Made by a program: the position numbers and the translations under genes. DNA of 64,000 bases, taken from sequence record NC_061448.1; one strand, written 5' to 3'. The notes below the pieces were generated by a model that had not been told where the DNA came from, made no database searches, and worked only from the letters and a program-made list of their open reading frames with translations. Below, piece after piece: positions 43,409 to 52,894 of this stretch; positions within the stretch are counted from its first letter, which is position 1, and the number at the start of each line of letters is the position of its first letter.

Positions 43409-44389
43409 ATGAGATTCGGATTCGCCTGCAAGCTAATCGACGAGAAAGGCAAACAACCCTACCCAAACAAAAGTCTAAGCTACAAGCACTTCTCAAAACT
43501 TAGTCTCGACGAACGACGCCAGAAGTTGCGTGAGATCGTAACAGTCAATCTAACGTCGTTGTACGATATGATTGCCCACGTCGGTATGTTGCGCCGAGAC
43601 ATGCGTATGTTTCGAATCACCAGTGAACTACTTCCGTTGTACACGCACCCGCAAGTAACGCATCTCTACCAAGAGCGTGAACTCGCCGCGCATATCGAAC
43701 ACTGGTTGTGGAAGTGCGGTACGTTGGCACAAGGCGCTGGCGTTAGACTTTCGTTTCACCCCGGTCAGTTCACCGTGCTTGCATCTGATCGACCTGACGT
43801 TGTGCTCAACTCGATTAACGAACTTGAGTACCATGCGTACTGCGCCTATCACATGGGGTACGGTCGTCGCTTTCAAGACTTCAAAATCAACATTCACCTG
43901 AGCGGTAGACTTGGTGCAAAAGGGTTTCGTGCAGCACACTCGAAACTTTCTGATCACTGCCGAAAGATGTTGACCGTTGAGAACGACGAGATCACGTCCA
44001 GCATTGAAGACTGTTTAGAACTCGCCGACATTTGCCCGATAGTTCTCGATGTTCATCATCACTGGGTAATGACAAACGAATACATTCAGCCGACAGATGA
44101 TCGTGTTCAACGTGTCATAGAGTCATGGCGAGGCATCACGCCTGTTGCTCACTACTCTGTGTCGAAGCCTGAGTTCGTGCCGTCACGTGGTTTGCCAGAT
44201 CAAAACAAGCTCGCTGCTAATCGTATGCAGTTACGCGCACACTCTGACTACTATCACAATGACGACGTAAACGACTGGGCCCTCAGCTTCACTGATTTTG
44301 ACTTGATGTGCGAGTCTAAAGCTAAAAACAGAGCACGTATAAAACTGGCTTGTTTTCGAGCGAACTCTGCAAATAACTGGACAAAATAA
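43409..44389 (+). CDS. uvsE: UV DNA damage endonuclease (UvsE/UvdE)
   Basis: RFGFAC, MFRITSELLP, RLSFHPGQF, INIH, LTVENDE, VLDVHHH, AHSDY, DLMCESKAK. Confidence 0.95.
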   Translation: MRFGFACKLIDEKGKQPYPNKSLSYKHFSKLSLDERRQKLREIVTVNLTSLYDMIAHVGMLRRDMRMFRITSELLPLYTHPQVTHLYQERELAAHIEHWLWKCGTLAQGAGVRLSFHPGQFTVLASDRPDVVLNSINELEYHAYCAYHMGYGRRFQDFKINIHLSGRLGAKGFRAAHSKLSDHCRKMLTVENDEITSSIEDCLELADICPIVLDVHHHWVMTNEYIQPTDDRVQRVIESWRGITPVAHYSVSKPEFVPSRGLPDQNKLAANRMQLRAHSDYYHNDDVNDWALSFTDFDLMCESKAKNRARIKLACFRANSANNWTK

Positions 44390-44422
44390 GGCTTGTTTTC
44401 GATGGTTGCCCTATGTTACAAT
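44369..44422 (+). promoter_or_regulatory. early promoter P5
   Basis: GCAAATAACTGGACA, 33 bp, TGtTACAAT. Confidence 0.85.
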
Positions 44423-44479
44423 GTATGTGAGCACTTTAATCGCGTTTTTCACATATAATAAGACAGAGGAAATAAGACT

Positions 44480-44782
44480 ATGATGTCCACAACAACCATC
44501 GCTACTAAAGCAAGCGTTACACCGTCCGCCAAGCATTCTTTTGGTATCACAGGTATCACGCCTACCAATCGTATCTCCTGCGTTTGGCCCGGCGCACTGG
44601 AAGTTCCTGCTCATATTAAACGTTGGTGCCGCGCGAACGAAATCTTGACCGACCTTGATGCTTACATGCGTGTTCGTTTCAAAGGTCGTCGCGCAGACAT
44701 TCTGAATCTGGTTGCTAAACACCTTGCACCGGACAATCAAGAACTGGCTGTTCGTATTCTCGCAACTATCACCGAGGCTTAA
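44480..44782 (+). CDS. hypothetical protein
   Basis: GAGGA RBS; first gene after P5. Confidence 0.75.
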   Translation: MMSTTTIATKASVTPSAKHSFGITGITPTNRISCVWPGALEVPAHIKRWCRANEILTDLDAYMRVRFKGRRADILNLVAKHLAPDNQELAVRILATITEA

Positions 44783-44783
44783 A

Positions 44784-45047
44784 ATGAAAGTTCAACCGCT
44801 GGAAGCTATGTATGGTGCTACGAACACCAATACGCCGTTAGTCGAAAAACGAGGCTTCCGTCCTGTCGAATCAAAATACGTCGATGGAACGGAGGTTAGA
44901 TTACAGAAGTTATCACACGATATACATGAACGTGTGGTTGTGGGTTACGATCAATTTGGTCGTGCTGTGTATGGAACGCAGACACCGCAATCAACGTTCG
45001 AAGTGCGTGACAGCAAGGAAAGCGAACCGAATAAAACGGCGCCCTAG
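44784..45047 (+). CDS. hypothetical protein
   Basis: GAGG RBS before ATG 44784. Confidence 0.65.
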   Translation: MKVQPLEAMYGATNTNTPLVEKRGFRPVESKYVDGTEVRLQKLSHDIHERVVVGYDQFGRAVYGTQTPQSTFEVRDSKESEPNKTAP

Positions 45048-45122
45048 CAAGCTCACAACCAGAAGCCATAGAATAACCCAAACAATAAATTCATGCGCTG
45101 ACCTATCGTGGGGTGTCTTAAA

Positions 45123-45500
45123 ATGATCGTTATTTGTAACTCTTCAAAACAGTTTTGTCCTGACCGTCTCGCACATGGGGACGCTTTTGTCTTTGGTAAG
45201 ACTCGCATGTTGTTACGTGCAGACTTCTTAGTTCTGACCGATAAAAATAATAGCATGTATGTAGTACGCAAATCTGATGTTGTATGGGCTCCCGAGCTTA
45301 CGGGCGCGACGCATGTGATTAAGATCCGGGCGTTCGCCCAGATTAAGCCGTTCGAACTCAACGCAGCATGTCCACAGTTCAATAGCCGCGTATTCGGGAC
45401 AATCGCGTTCCGCAATCCGCACTTCGAACACAGACTGAATGGTCTGAAATATGTAGAGACAATCTTCGGAGGTTTACATGGCTCGGTATCATGTGTTTAG
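45123..45500 (+). CDS. hypothetical protein
   Basis: GGGG RBS before ATG 45123. Confidence 0.6.
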   Translation: MIVICNSSKQFCPDRLAHGDAFVFGKTRMLLRADFLVLTDKNNSMYVVRKSDVVWAPELTGATHVIKIRAFAQIKPFELNAACPQFNSRVFGTIAFRNPHFEHRLNGLKYVETIFGGLHGSVSCV

Positions 45501-45726
45501 TGCAACGCATAAGTATTTCGGTGAAGCGTATGAAGGTACTTGGCTGAAAGAGATTGCTCTCAACGGCCAGCAAGTTACCCGCGCTGAGTTCCCCAACTTT
45601 GACGAAGCAAAAGAATGCGCCGATAAGTTGCATGAGGTTTGCGATATAGGGTGGATCGTGTATAACGCTTTCTCCGAACGCGCAATGTACGATACCCGCA
45701 CAGAGCAAGGCGAGTCTGTAAAGTAA
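45478..45726 (+). CDS. hypothetical protein
   Basis: GGAGG RBS. Confidence 0.7.
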   Translation: MARYHVFSATHKYFGEAYEGTWLKEIALNGQQVTRAEFPNFDEAKECADKLHEVCDIGWIVYNAFSERAMYDTRTEQGESVK

Positions 45727-45803
45727 TAGCAGCCTCGCCTGCACCTATTCTTAACGTGGCGCTTACGGGCTTCACAACAATTCACTATCAATTGAGGTTC
45801 CAA

Positions 45804-46313
45804 ATGAAATTCACTGCTATCGCTATCGCACTGGTTATGTCTGCTTCTGCATCCGCTGCAAACTTCAAAGCACCTGCTCCAGCTGCGGGTATGCAGTCGA
45901 CCGGCATGTCTATCTCTGATCGTCTGGATGATAGCTGCCTGAGCAAGCTGTCTACCGCGCATGACCTGCGTGATGCTGTGGTTGACTTCGCTGTATCACG
46001 CGATGCTATCGACACTATTGCACTTTGGCCTCTGGTCTGTGCGCCGACTGTTGAAGCTAAATCAATCAACGTCGAGCGCATGGGCTCCGACCTGACTCTG
46101 ACCTACATCAATAAAGACGCAAAGCTGCCTAAGCTCGTTATGGTGTTACAGCGCGTCAAGTCTGAGAACGATGATGATGCACCTGCATATCAGATCGTTC
46201 AGATCGGTGATATGAATGCTATGGGCTACGAAGAACAGTCCGCAGTTAAAGACTGGTTGCTTGATTGCTACGCAGCCACTGTACAAGACGATATGGTGGC
46301 GGCGCTGAACTGA
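45804..46313 (+). CDS. secreted/periplasmic protein with Sec signal peptide
   Basis: MKFTAIAIALVMSASASA-ANF with AxA cleavage site; GAGG RBS. Confidence 0.75.
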   Translation: MKFTAIAIALVMSASASAANFKAPAPAAGMQSTGMSISDRLDDSCLSKLSTAHDLRDAVVDFAVSRDAIDTIALWPLVCAPTVEAKSINVERMGSDLTLTYINKDAKLPKLVMVLQRVKSENDDDAPAYQIVQIGDMNAMGYEEQSAVKDWLLDCYAATVQDDMVAALN

Positions 46314-46618
46314 TGAAAGGTAAAAAGTTAGACGTATTCCTGCAACAACGCACTGCAATAAACAAAGTCGCCTCAAGTCCACAAGACTGGGAGACTTATA
46401 AAGAAATGCTGTTGAACATACGGCTTGCAGTTGCAGTTGACCCGCGCCCTGATGCTGCTGTGCGACACTTAGCACGTACTTGGCACGCCGAAAAGAAATA
46501 TGCGCTCCCTGTCTGTCAGGCTACGCTTCTGAAACTGATGACGTTGAAGAAAGCGAACCAAACGCTTGAAGAAATGATCGCGCTTTACATTGACCTTGAG
46601 GAAGGACCGAAGAAATGA
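46313..46618 (+). CDS. hypothetical protein
   Basis: TGATG coupling. Confidence 0.7.
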   Translation: MKGKKLDVFLQQRTAINKVASSPQDWETYKEMLLNIRLAVAVDPRPDAAVRHLARTWHAEKKYALPVCQATLLKLMTLKKANQTLEEMIALYIDLEEGPKK

Positions 46619-47787
46619 ATGATATTACCAGTATTGCTCGCAGCATTTTTGAACGTGGTACTACCGAACAACGTGACGCGTTACGTGCTGTTGCGAATAC
46701 CGTGCTTGTGCCTAACATGCGACTCGCTTATGAGTTTGCTGAACCTACAGTTGAAGAAACGTATCGCCTGCTTGAGGGTATTTCGTTTACAGGCGACGGT
46801 AAGATGATGCTGCCGGGTGACGAGATCTATGCTCTCGATAATCTTCTGCGTAAAGAGTGGCAGAAGACTTTCTTCGACGCTGTTGCGAACATGACGCTTA
46901 CCATGTTCTGCACTGACCCGCATACTGCCGGAAAAGGCTTTTGGCCGCGCAATAACAGCGAATGCTGTGAGTTTATCACACGCGCCTTTATCTGGACGAT
47001 TGCTCAACACGGCCTGACCAACATTCTGCTGCGTGATACAAAAGTCGTAAGCCACACGCGTCTGGCGCAGTTTATCATTGCGCTGCAAACAGAAGGTAAA
47101 GACGATGGCTATGCGCGTCATTTCAGTTTGTATGACCCACATTCAGATACAGGCAGTATCACTGTTTCCAACCTGTGGTCTGACGAATACAAAGCGGCCC
47201 GAGTGAGTGAGACTATTGCTAGTCGACCGCCAGAATACGATGATGTTCGCCGCATGAACTTCGATGACCTTGCTGATCTGTGTGAGCGTCTTGGACTTAT
47301 TGCATTGAAGTCTCAGCCTGACTGCGATTGTGAAGATGACGATTGCGAATGCGACGAGCTGGTAACTCGTCACGATCTTGACCGCGACCCTGACGACCTG
47401 CGCGAAATCTTCTACGCCAAGTACGGCGACCCTGACGACGAAGGTGTTGTAGACGAAGAAGACTGGATTACAGGCGCTTCACTCATGGAAGTTGAAGTCG
47501 ATCTGCCTGTTGTTACTCTGCATCAGCCTGAGCCTAAAACAAATCTGCCGCGCGCTTCTCACATGAAAAAGAAAAAGCCGATGGCGAAATCTACTAACAA
47601 GAGCCGCGTGGTTCTTCGAGCAGACCAGCAGATTTGGCATGAGCTGGACAGCAAGCAAGAGTTCGGTGATCGTCGTTTTGCTATCACTCTCGTATCGCGT
47701 CATACGTGTGGTATCAATCGACCTGTCGCAACGAACAATGAAGCGCTCGCTATCGCATACGCCCTATTAGCGCTAGAAAGCAAATAA
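46615..47787 (+). CDS. multidomain protein with Rho-N/HeH-like motif and acidic Cys patch
   Basis: VRRMNFDDLADLCERLGL; DCDCEDDDCECD. Confidence 0.8.
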   Translation: MNDITSIARSIFERGTTEQRDALRAVANTVLVPNMRLAYEFAEPTVEETYRLLEGISFTGDGKMMLPGDEIYALDNLLRKEWQKTFFDAVANMTLTMFCTDPHTAGKGFWPRNNSECCEFITRAFIWTIAQHGLTNILLRDTKVVSHTRLAQFIIALQTEGKDDGYARHFSLYDPHSDTGSITVSNLWSDEYKAARVSETIASRPPEYDDVRRMNFDDLADLCERLGLIALKSQPDCDCEDDDCECDELVTRHDLDRDPDDLREIFYAKYGDPDDEGVVDEEDWITGASLMEVEVDLPVVTLHQPEPKTNLPRASHMKKKKPMAKSTNKSRVVLRADQQIWHELDSKQEFGDRRFAITLVSRHTCGINRPVATNNEALAIAYALLALESK

Positions 47788-47832
47788 CTGGACAAACTAG
47801 CGCTTCTATCTGAGGCGCTTCTATGATATAAT
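47780..47832 (+). promoter_or_regulatory. early promoter P6
   Basis: GCAAATAACTGGACA, 32 bp, TGaTATAAT. Confidence 0.85.
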
Positions 47833-47899
47833 CATAGATAGAGCAATATCGCTCTCAACGTCTTTTTTAACTATACGTTTATAACGGGAATTGTCATTT

Positions 47900-48202
47900 A
47901 TGTCACGCACTATTTCACGCAAGAAAGCAGTTAACCTGATGGCTACAACCTACAACGCAAAACATCCTGAATATCTTCCGCGCCTGTTGGCAGAAGACAT
48001 GGATTCAACTCACCTGTTCGAATTTCGTGAGATGGTTGTAGCAAAGATTCAGGCAGGCGAAGACCCGACCAAAGTTGTTGACGATATGATCGACACGGCG
48101 ATTCGCGTAACTCAGGTTCGTCGTCGTACAAGCAACGATTACAATCCGAAAATCGCCGATGTACTGACTGACGAAATGCGTGAGATGCTTCGTAACCTGT
48201 AA
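47900..48202 (+). CDS. hypothetical protein
   Basis: First gene after P6. Confidence 0.7.
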   Translation: MSRTISRKKAVNLMATTYNAKHPEYLPRLLAEDMDSTHLFEFREMVVAKIQAGEDPTKVVDDMIDTAIRVTQVRRRTSNDYNPKIADVLTDEMREMLRNL

Positions 48203-48210
48203 GGATAAAA

Positions 48211-48765
48211 ATGAAAAGCTACGGTTACTTTTATATTCTGAACCACATCGCTATGGCCGTAGATGCACCCAACAAGGAAGTTGGGTTCAAATCTCTCGTT
48301 GAACTGGACATGTTCAATCGCGCATCTATCTTTACGCGTCCTGACGCTGAACCACGCGCTGCGAAAATCGTGCGTGATTTGACTGAGGCGCTTTACCCTA
48401 AGTCTGCTGATACTAACCCGACTGTAGAGCAACGCATGATGCTTGTGCAAGCTCTGCACGATCAAGAACTCGAATCTATTGTCGGTGGCATTCGCTTCTT
48501 CGTACCGTTCGCGTATACGAAAGAGCAACTGACCGAGCAGTTCGGTTTCTTCGATACAGGTGAAGCGCTTAACGTGCCGTACTTCTTGCGTCACATGTTC
48601 ATGGATGATCAAGCTGTGTTCTGTGACGGTAAGCTCACTAGCTTCGCACATTGTTGCGCACACGGTGAACTGTCTCAGACCGCTCGACAGTATGGTCTCT
48701 TCCCTGCTCAGGCGTATGGCAAGAACAACATCCCTGAGCGCTACAAACATCTGCCTCTGTTCTAG
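48211..48765 (+). CDS. hypothetical protein
   Basis: AAGGA RBS. Confidence 0.75.
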   Translation: MKSYGYFYILNHIAMAVDAPNKEVGFKSLVELDMFNRASIFTRPDAEPRAAKIVRDLTEALYPKSADTNPTVEQRMMLVQALHDQELESIVGGIRFFVPFAYTKEQLTEQFGFFDTGEALNVPYFLRHMFMDDQAVFCDGKLTSFAHCCAHGELSQTARQYGLFPAQAYGKNNIPERYKHLPLF

Positions 48766-48777
48766 GAGACAACGCTC

Positions 48778-49236
48778 ATGGGAGTTGTTCACGGTATAAC
48801 AGCAACCACGTTCCCTGCACGGGGACGTGACGAGGGCCAGAAGATTGCTCTCAAGTCTCGCTGGGGAATCTACCCAGCGACTATCGTGCGTCAAGACAAC
48901 GATCAGCCATACAATGAGATATGGAAGATTGACGCAAAGAATCTGCCGCGTCGTTACTTCAAACAAGATGAAGACCTGTTTGTGTCTCGTCGCTTTCTTG
49001 AAGACTACGCGAAGCATTCACCAATCTGCCCTAAAGGTGAATTTGAAAATCAGTTCGTTGATGTTGTGTTTGACTACGACACAGCGAACAAATGCGAAGG
49101 CGTTGTTGTGACGCATCGCGACCAGCTCTTGGTAATTTTGATTACTACGGGTCCGCACTCCGGTCGCTACGTCACTGGCAAAGAATGTCAGTACGCACCA
49201 CGACCTCGTTCCACTAAAGACTTAATCGACAACTAA
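48778..49236 (+). CDS. hypothetical protein
   Basis: AGGAG RBS. Confidence 0.75.
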   Translation: MGVVHGITATTFPARGRDEGQKIALKSRWGIYPATIVRQDNDQPYNEIWKIDAKNLPRRYFKQDEDLFVSRRFLEDYAKHSPICPKGEFENQFVDVVFDYDTANKCEGVVVTHRDQLLVILITTGPHSGRYVTGKECQYAPRPRSTKDLIDN

Positions 49237-49246
49237 GGATATAAGA

Positions 49247-49783
49247 ATGCAATTCACAGTCAAACCAGAAGAACGCTTCCCTGACTTTATTCCACCTAAG
49301 CGTGGATCAGCGAAAGCTGCTGGCTTCGACCTGTTCGCTCAGGAAGATATGATCATCACTGGCGACACAGTGCTGTTTGATTTGGGCTTCCGTGCTCGCG
49401 TACCGAAAGATCACGTTGGCATCATCTTCCCACGCAGCGGTCTGGGTGCTAAGTTTCAGGTGCAGTTGTCGAACACTACCGGCATCATCGACGAAGACTA
49501 CAATGGTATCTGGATGGCCGCTATTCACCTCGGAGGCAAAGGCACTCAGGTAGAACAACTCGAATGGCTGAGTGCTACCTATCTGAAAAGCAGTCTGGAA
49601 GAAATCCCAGACATTGATGACGACGAAGATGTTAAGTCATTGCTGATCAAACGCGGCGAAGCATACGCACAAGTGCTGTTCTTCCCTGTGCCGGAAGTTG
49701 AAGTCGTAATCACCCACGAAGAACTGCCTGAAACAGAACGTGGTGATGGTGGCTTCGGGTCCACCACGAAAGCGAGTGAGTAA
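49247..49783 (+). CDS. dut: trimeric dUTPase
   Basis: AAGFDL, FPRSGLG, GIIDEDYNG, AQVL, RGDGGFGST motifs 1-5. Confidence 0.95.
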   Translation: MQFTVKPEERFPDFIPPKRGSAKAAGFDLFAQEDMIITGDTVLFDLGFRARVPKDHVGIIFPRSGLGAKFQVQLSNTTGIIDEDYNGIWMAAIHLGGKGTQVEQLEWLSATYLKSSLEEIPDIDDDEDVKSLLIKRGEAYAQVLFFPVPEVEVVITHEELPETERGDGGFGSTTKASE

Positions 49784-49991
49784 TCTTCTCGTTCTGTTCG
49801 CTGCCTACTATGTTGTAGGCATTATTCAGTTCGCAAGAGAACTGCGATCTACATCGAACGATGATCCCGAAGTCAAAGCGTTCAATCGCAGCATGGACGA
49901 TCAGTCCAATGTCCAAGTTCTCTGGACTGGACTCAAACTCGCTATGGCGGTAGTATTCATTCACATTCCGTGTTGGATATTCCGTATATAG
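49776..49991 (+). CDS. small membrane protein, uncertain start
   Basis: Two hydrophobic segments. Confidence 0.45.
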   Translation: MSNLLVLFAAYYVVGIIQFARELRSTSNDDPEVKAFNRSMDDQSNVQVLWTGLKLAMAVVFIHIPCWIFRI

Positions 49992-50049
49992 TGATGCTAC
50001 TCACACGAGGGGCCTTACGTGGGCTCCTCATTATCGTAATATAAACACT

Positions 50050-50364
50050 ATGGCAAAGAAAACTTATCTGCTGCCCCGTGAGCGACCTAGCCCGTTGCCA
50101 AACTTACGAGCCTATCTCGCGTTTCTCGCCCGGAAGCCTAACGCTAATCGCGCAGTATTAGAATCGTATTGTAATGCAAGTCTGGCTCAAATGCGCCGCC
50201 ACCGTTTCTTTGTAGGTAAGCTCTTTGGCTACAAGGTGTATACGAAATCGAACAAGCTCGCATACACGGTTGTGTGGATCGACCCATACAACTACGATTG
50301 TCTTGTTCTGAATCATCAAAGGAGAATAGTAGAGTTCAAAAACCTTTACGGCCTGCTTTTATAG
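50050..50364 (+). CDS. hypothetical basic protein
   Basis: ORF track. Confidence 0.6.
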   Translation: MAKKTYLLPRERPSPLPNLRAYLAFLARKPNANRAVLESYCNASLAQMRRHRFFVGKLFGYKVYTKSNKLAYTVVWIDPYNYDCLVLNHQRRIVEFKNLYGLLL

Positions 50365-50401
50365 TTAGGTCCTAGCGCCTTCACACTAGGGGAATCTTCC
50401 G

Positions 50402-51079
50402 ATGATAACTGTTCTTAACAATCGTACCGACGAGGTAATTAAACGCCTGAACGTAGCAGTATGGGTCTGTGTCGCAATCATGTTTGCTGTCTTCATTGCA
50501 GTCGTGAGCAACGCACGAGCCAGTATGTCTACAGGCCCTGACAACGCCATTGATCTTTCATCCTCCGTGTCACTCGATCCCTCCAATCGCGTGGCAACTA
50601 AATACAAGGAGATAGAAAAGGCAGTAGCAGCCAAAGAGGAACGAAGGCCAAAACGCTATGTAACACGCGAGCGCCTCCGGCAACTCTATGCTCACTTGCC
50701 TCATCCGTCTGACTTAGGCAAGCAGATTGATTTGGCCGCAGAGAAGTACAACGTAGATGCAAAACTGCTTCTATCAATTTGCGTGTCCGAGTCGCATCTT
50801 CGTGCAAAGGTCAGAAATAAGTCTGGTGCCACGGGCCTGTGTCAAATCATGCCTAACATGCACGGACGTTCTGTTAAGGAGCTGCAAGATTACCGCATCA
50901 ATGTTAATCAAGCCGCTCAGATTGTTGCGTTACTAAACAAGCAGTGTAAAGGCAGACGCGCTTGCGTTATCCAAAGCTACAACACTGGTTGGGGAGCATA
51001 TTTGAAAGGGGTACGTGCCCCTCAATATTTAGCGAAAGTACAGACTGAGTATCGCCGCAAGCATACTCCATCTTCTTAA
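50402..51079 (+). CDS. SLT-family lytic transglycosylase with N-terminal TM/signal segment
   Basis: AAEKYNVD..LL.SI...ES, GATGLCQIMP, SYNTG motifs. Confidence 0.9.
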   Translation: MITVLNNRTDEVIKRLNVAVWVCVAIMFAVFIAVVSNARASMSTGPDNAIDLSSSVSLDPSNRVATKYKEIEKAVAAKEERRPKRYVTRERLRQLYAHLPHPSDLGKQIDLAAEKYNVDAKLLLSICVSESHLRAKVRNKSGATGLCQIMPNMHGRSVKELQDYRINVNQAAQIVALLNKQCKGRRACVIQSYNTGWGAYLKGVRAPQYLAKVQTEYRRKHTPSS

Positions 51080-51093
51080 TCGAGGACATAATA

Positions 51094-51780
51094 ATGAACA
51101 TCAATATCACCGCACTGTACAAGATGCAATTCCAGTTACTGAAACCTCTGTCTCCGCGTCAAGAGTATGCGCTCGTCGTATTGCTCTGCGACAACATTCA
51201 GGAAGGTGATGTGGCTGCACTGGCAGAAGTAATCGTTCGTGACTATCCGCATGTTGCGCGTCTGTATGATGCGTTCGCTGCTGCTAACCAGTACGAAAAC
51301 GCTGTGCCGTTCATCGTGCCTGTGTTGAACTCCGAAGAAGTCACCGAAGAGATCTTCTGCATTCAGAATCACGCGCTGGTCGTTGCACCGGAACTGCGTG
51401 ATGCTCTGTATCAGGCTCTGACTCGCGTTGTAATGATGCGTGAAACGCCTGACGAATTGCTGATGCGCGAAGGCGCTGAACTGATTCTGGTGCACGACGC
51501 TCTGCCGTTCCTGCTCGGTCAGTTTGTTGACAGTATGCTCGACGCGTACAATTGCGGTGTGCTGCCTATGGTTGTTCGTCCTTCGAAAGACCAACAGGCT
51601 ATGCGTGATGATCGTCTGCTGTCGTTTGAGATGTTGCGTGACAGCAATATGTTCTCTGGTAGTCTGGACTTCACTAAAGCTCTACAGCCGAGCGAGAAAG
51701 CTAAAGCGATTGCTGCCCAGCTTATCTCTCGTCTGCGTAGCGTCAAGCCAGCACATGGCTATGATGCAGTAGCACAATAA
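51094..51780 (+). CDS. hypothetical protein
   Basis: GAGGA RBS. Confidence 0.75.
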   Translation: MNINITALYKMQFQLLKPLSPRQEYALVVLLCDNIQEGDVAALAEVIVRDYPHVARLYDAFAAANQYENAVPFIVPVLNSEEVTEEIFCIQNHALVVAPELRDALYQALTRVVMMRETPDELLMREGAELILVHDALPFLLGQFVDSMLDAYNCGVLPMVVRPSKDQQAMRDDRLLSFEMLRDSNMFSGSLDFTKALQPSEKAKAIAAQLISRLRSVKPAHGYDAVAQ

Positions 51781-51785
51781 AACTC

Positions 51786-51816
51786 AACGGGAGACCTTAA
51801 CTGGTTTCCCGTTTTT
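51786..51816 (+). terminator. intrinsic terminator
   Basis: AACGGGAGACC-TTAACT-GGTTTCCCGTTTTT. Confidence 0.8.
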
Positions 51817-51846
51817 CATTTCTGCGCAAATTTTGAGACTACGACA

Positions 51847-52815
51847 ATGAACGAACAATTCGAAGCAATCCCCGCTGATAAAACCTGTCTGCCATTCTAT
51901 TCTTCTGCGGCAATTAACATCTACTTCAACGACCGTATCAAACGCCTCGGTCTGACGAACGTATGGGCATACGTTGAGCGTAACAACCGCCCTGCTTTCG
52001 GTGATGACCAGCTGATGGAAGCTCTGCATTATCATTCGACCGAACACATGAAGCATGTAACTGCTCTCGCTCTCTGGTTGCTCGATTGCGAAGCTGTTCA
52101 CGATTGGCAATACAGCAATGGTGCAGTACCGTTAGCTATCGCCTGTATGTTCCACGACATGAATCATTCACTCGGTCAGAAAGACGATGCGTACAACGTT
52201 CAACAGGCTATTGCTGCTCTGGAGAAAGCTGCACACCACGAACTGGCCGATGCAGTGCTGATTGATAACTGCGACATTGCTGCTGACCTGATTCGTGTCA
52301 CGCAATTCCCGTACTCAGATGACCGCAAGCCGAAGAACATGATTGAGCGTTGCATTCGTGATGCGGACATTCTCTACGGTATGCAGTCGTTTGTTATCGA
52401 CTACGTGATGTATGGTCTGCGTGACGAAGTGAACAGCAACCTTGAAATGCCTTACCCGTTCAGTCGTCAGGACTGGGCTGCTGGTCGTGTTGACTTCCTG
52501 CGTAGCGTTGAGATGTTTACGCCAACCGGTAAAGATGCGATGGACTGGTTGCTCGACGAAGAAAACGATCACAACCATCAGTCGAAGATTGAAAGCTGGA
52601 TGACCGACAACATTGAGTTCGTCCTCACCAGTGCGCGTCATATCAAAGCGAACGATGTTCTGTTTATCGACACGCCCGAAGATACGTTGAAAGCTCGTCG
52701 CTTGATCGAGCGCATTACAGACATGGGCGTGGGTTTCAACGTCTATTTCAACGACGGCGCTTCGATTCATCTGCGTAACGGAGAGCACTGCATTCGTATC
52801 GAAAGAAGCAAATAA
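51847..52815 (+). CDS. HD-domain phosphohydrolase
   Basis: YHSTEH...FHDMNH...IRDAD (H...HD...D). Confidence 0.85.
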   Translation: MNEQFEAIPADKTCLPFYSSAAINIYFNDRIKRLGLTNVWAYVERNNRPAFGDDQLMEALHYHSTEHMKHVTALALWLLDCEAVHDWQYSNGAVPLAIACMFHDMNHSLGQKDDAYNVQQAIAALEKAAHHELADAVLIDNCDIAADLIRVTQFPYSDDRKPKNMIERCIRDADILYGMQSFVIDYVMYGLRDEVNSNLEMPYPFSRQDWAAGRVDFLRSVEMFTPTGKDAMDWLLDEENDHNHQSKIESWMTDNIEFVLTSARHIKANDVLFIDTPEDTLKARRLIERITDMGVGFNVYFNDGASIHLRNGEHCIRIERSK

Positions 52816-52861
52816 CTGGACAAAATAGCCGTGTCGTCTGACAGTGCGCCTATGATATACT
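52808..52861 (+). promoter_or_regulatory. early promoter P7
   Basis: GCAAATAACTGGACA, 33 bp, TGaTATACT. Confidence 0.85.
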
Positions 52862-52894
52862 ACGCGTAGACGCACTAACAAAGAGAGACTGATT

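Noticed and set aside
19975-48202. CTGTAA at gene ends (19975, 20769, 25670, 27245, 27885, 48196) as promoters
   Set aside because: Most are simply Leu-stop codons, and some are followed by a terminator or hairpin, so they were not counted in the promoter class.
49776-51780. Holin-endolysin-spanin lysis cassette
   Set aside because: No lipobox-bearing spanin pair and no convincing holin next to the SLT gene; early-region context.
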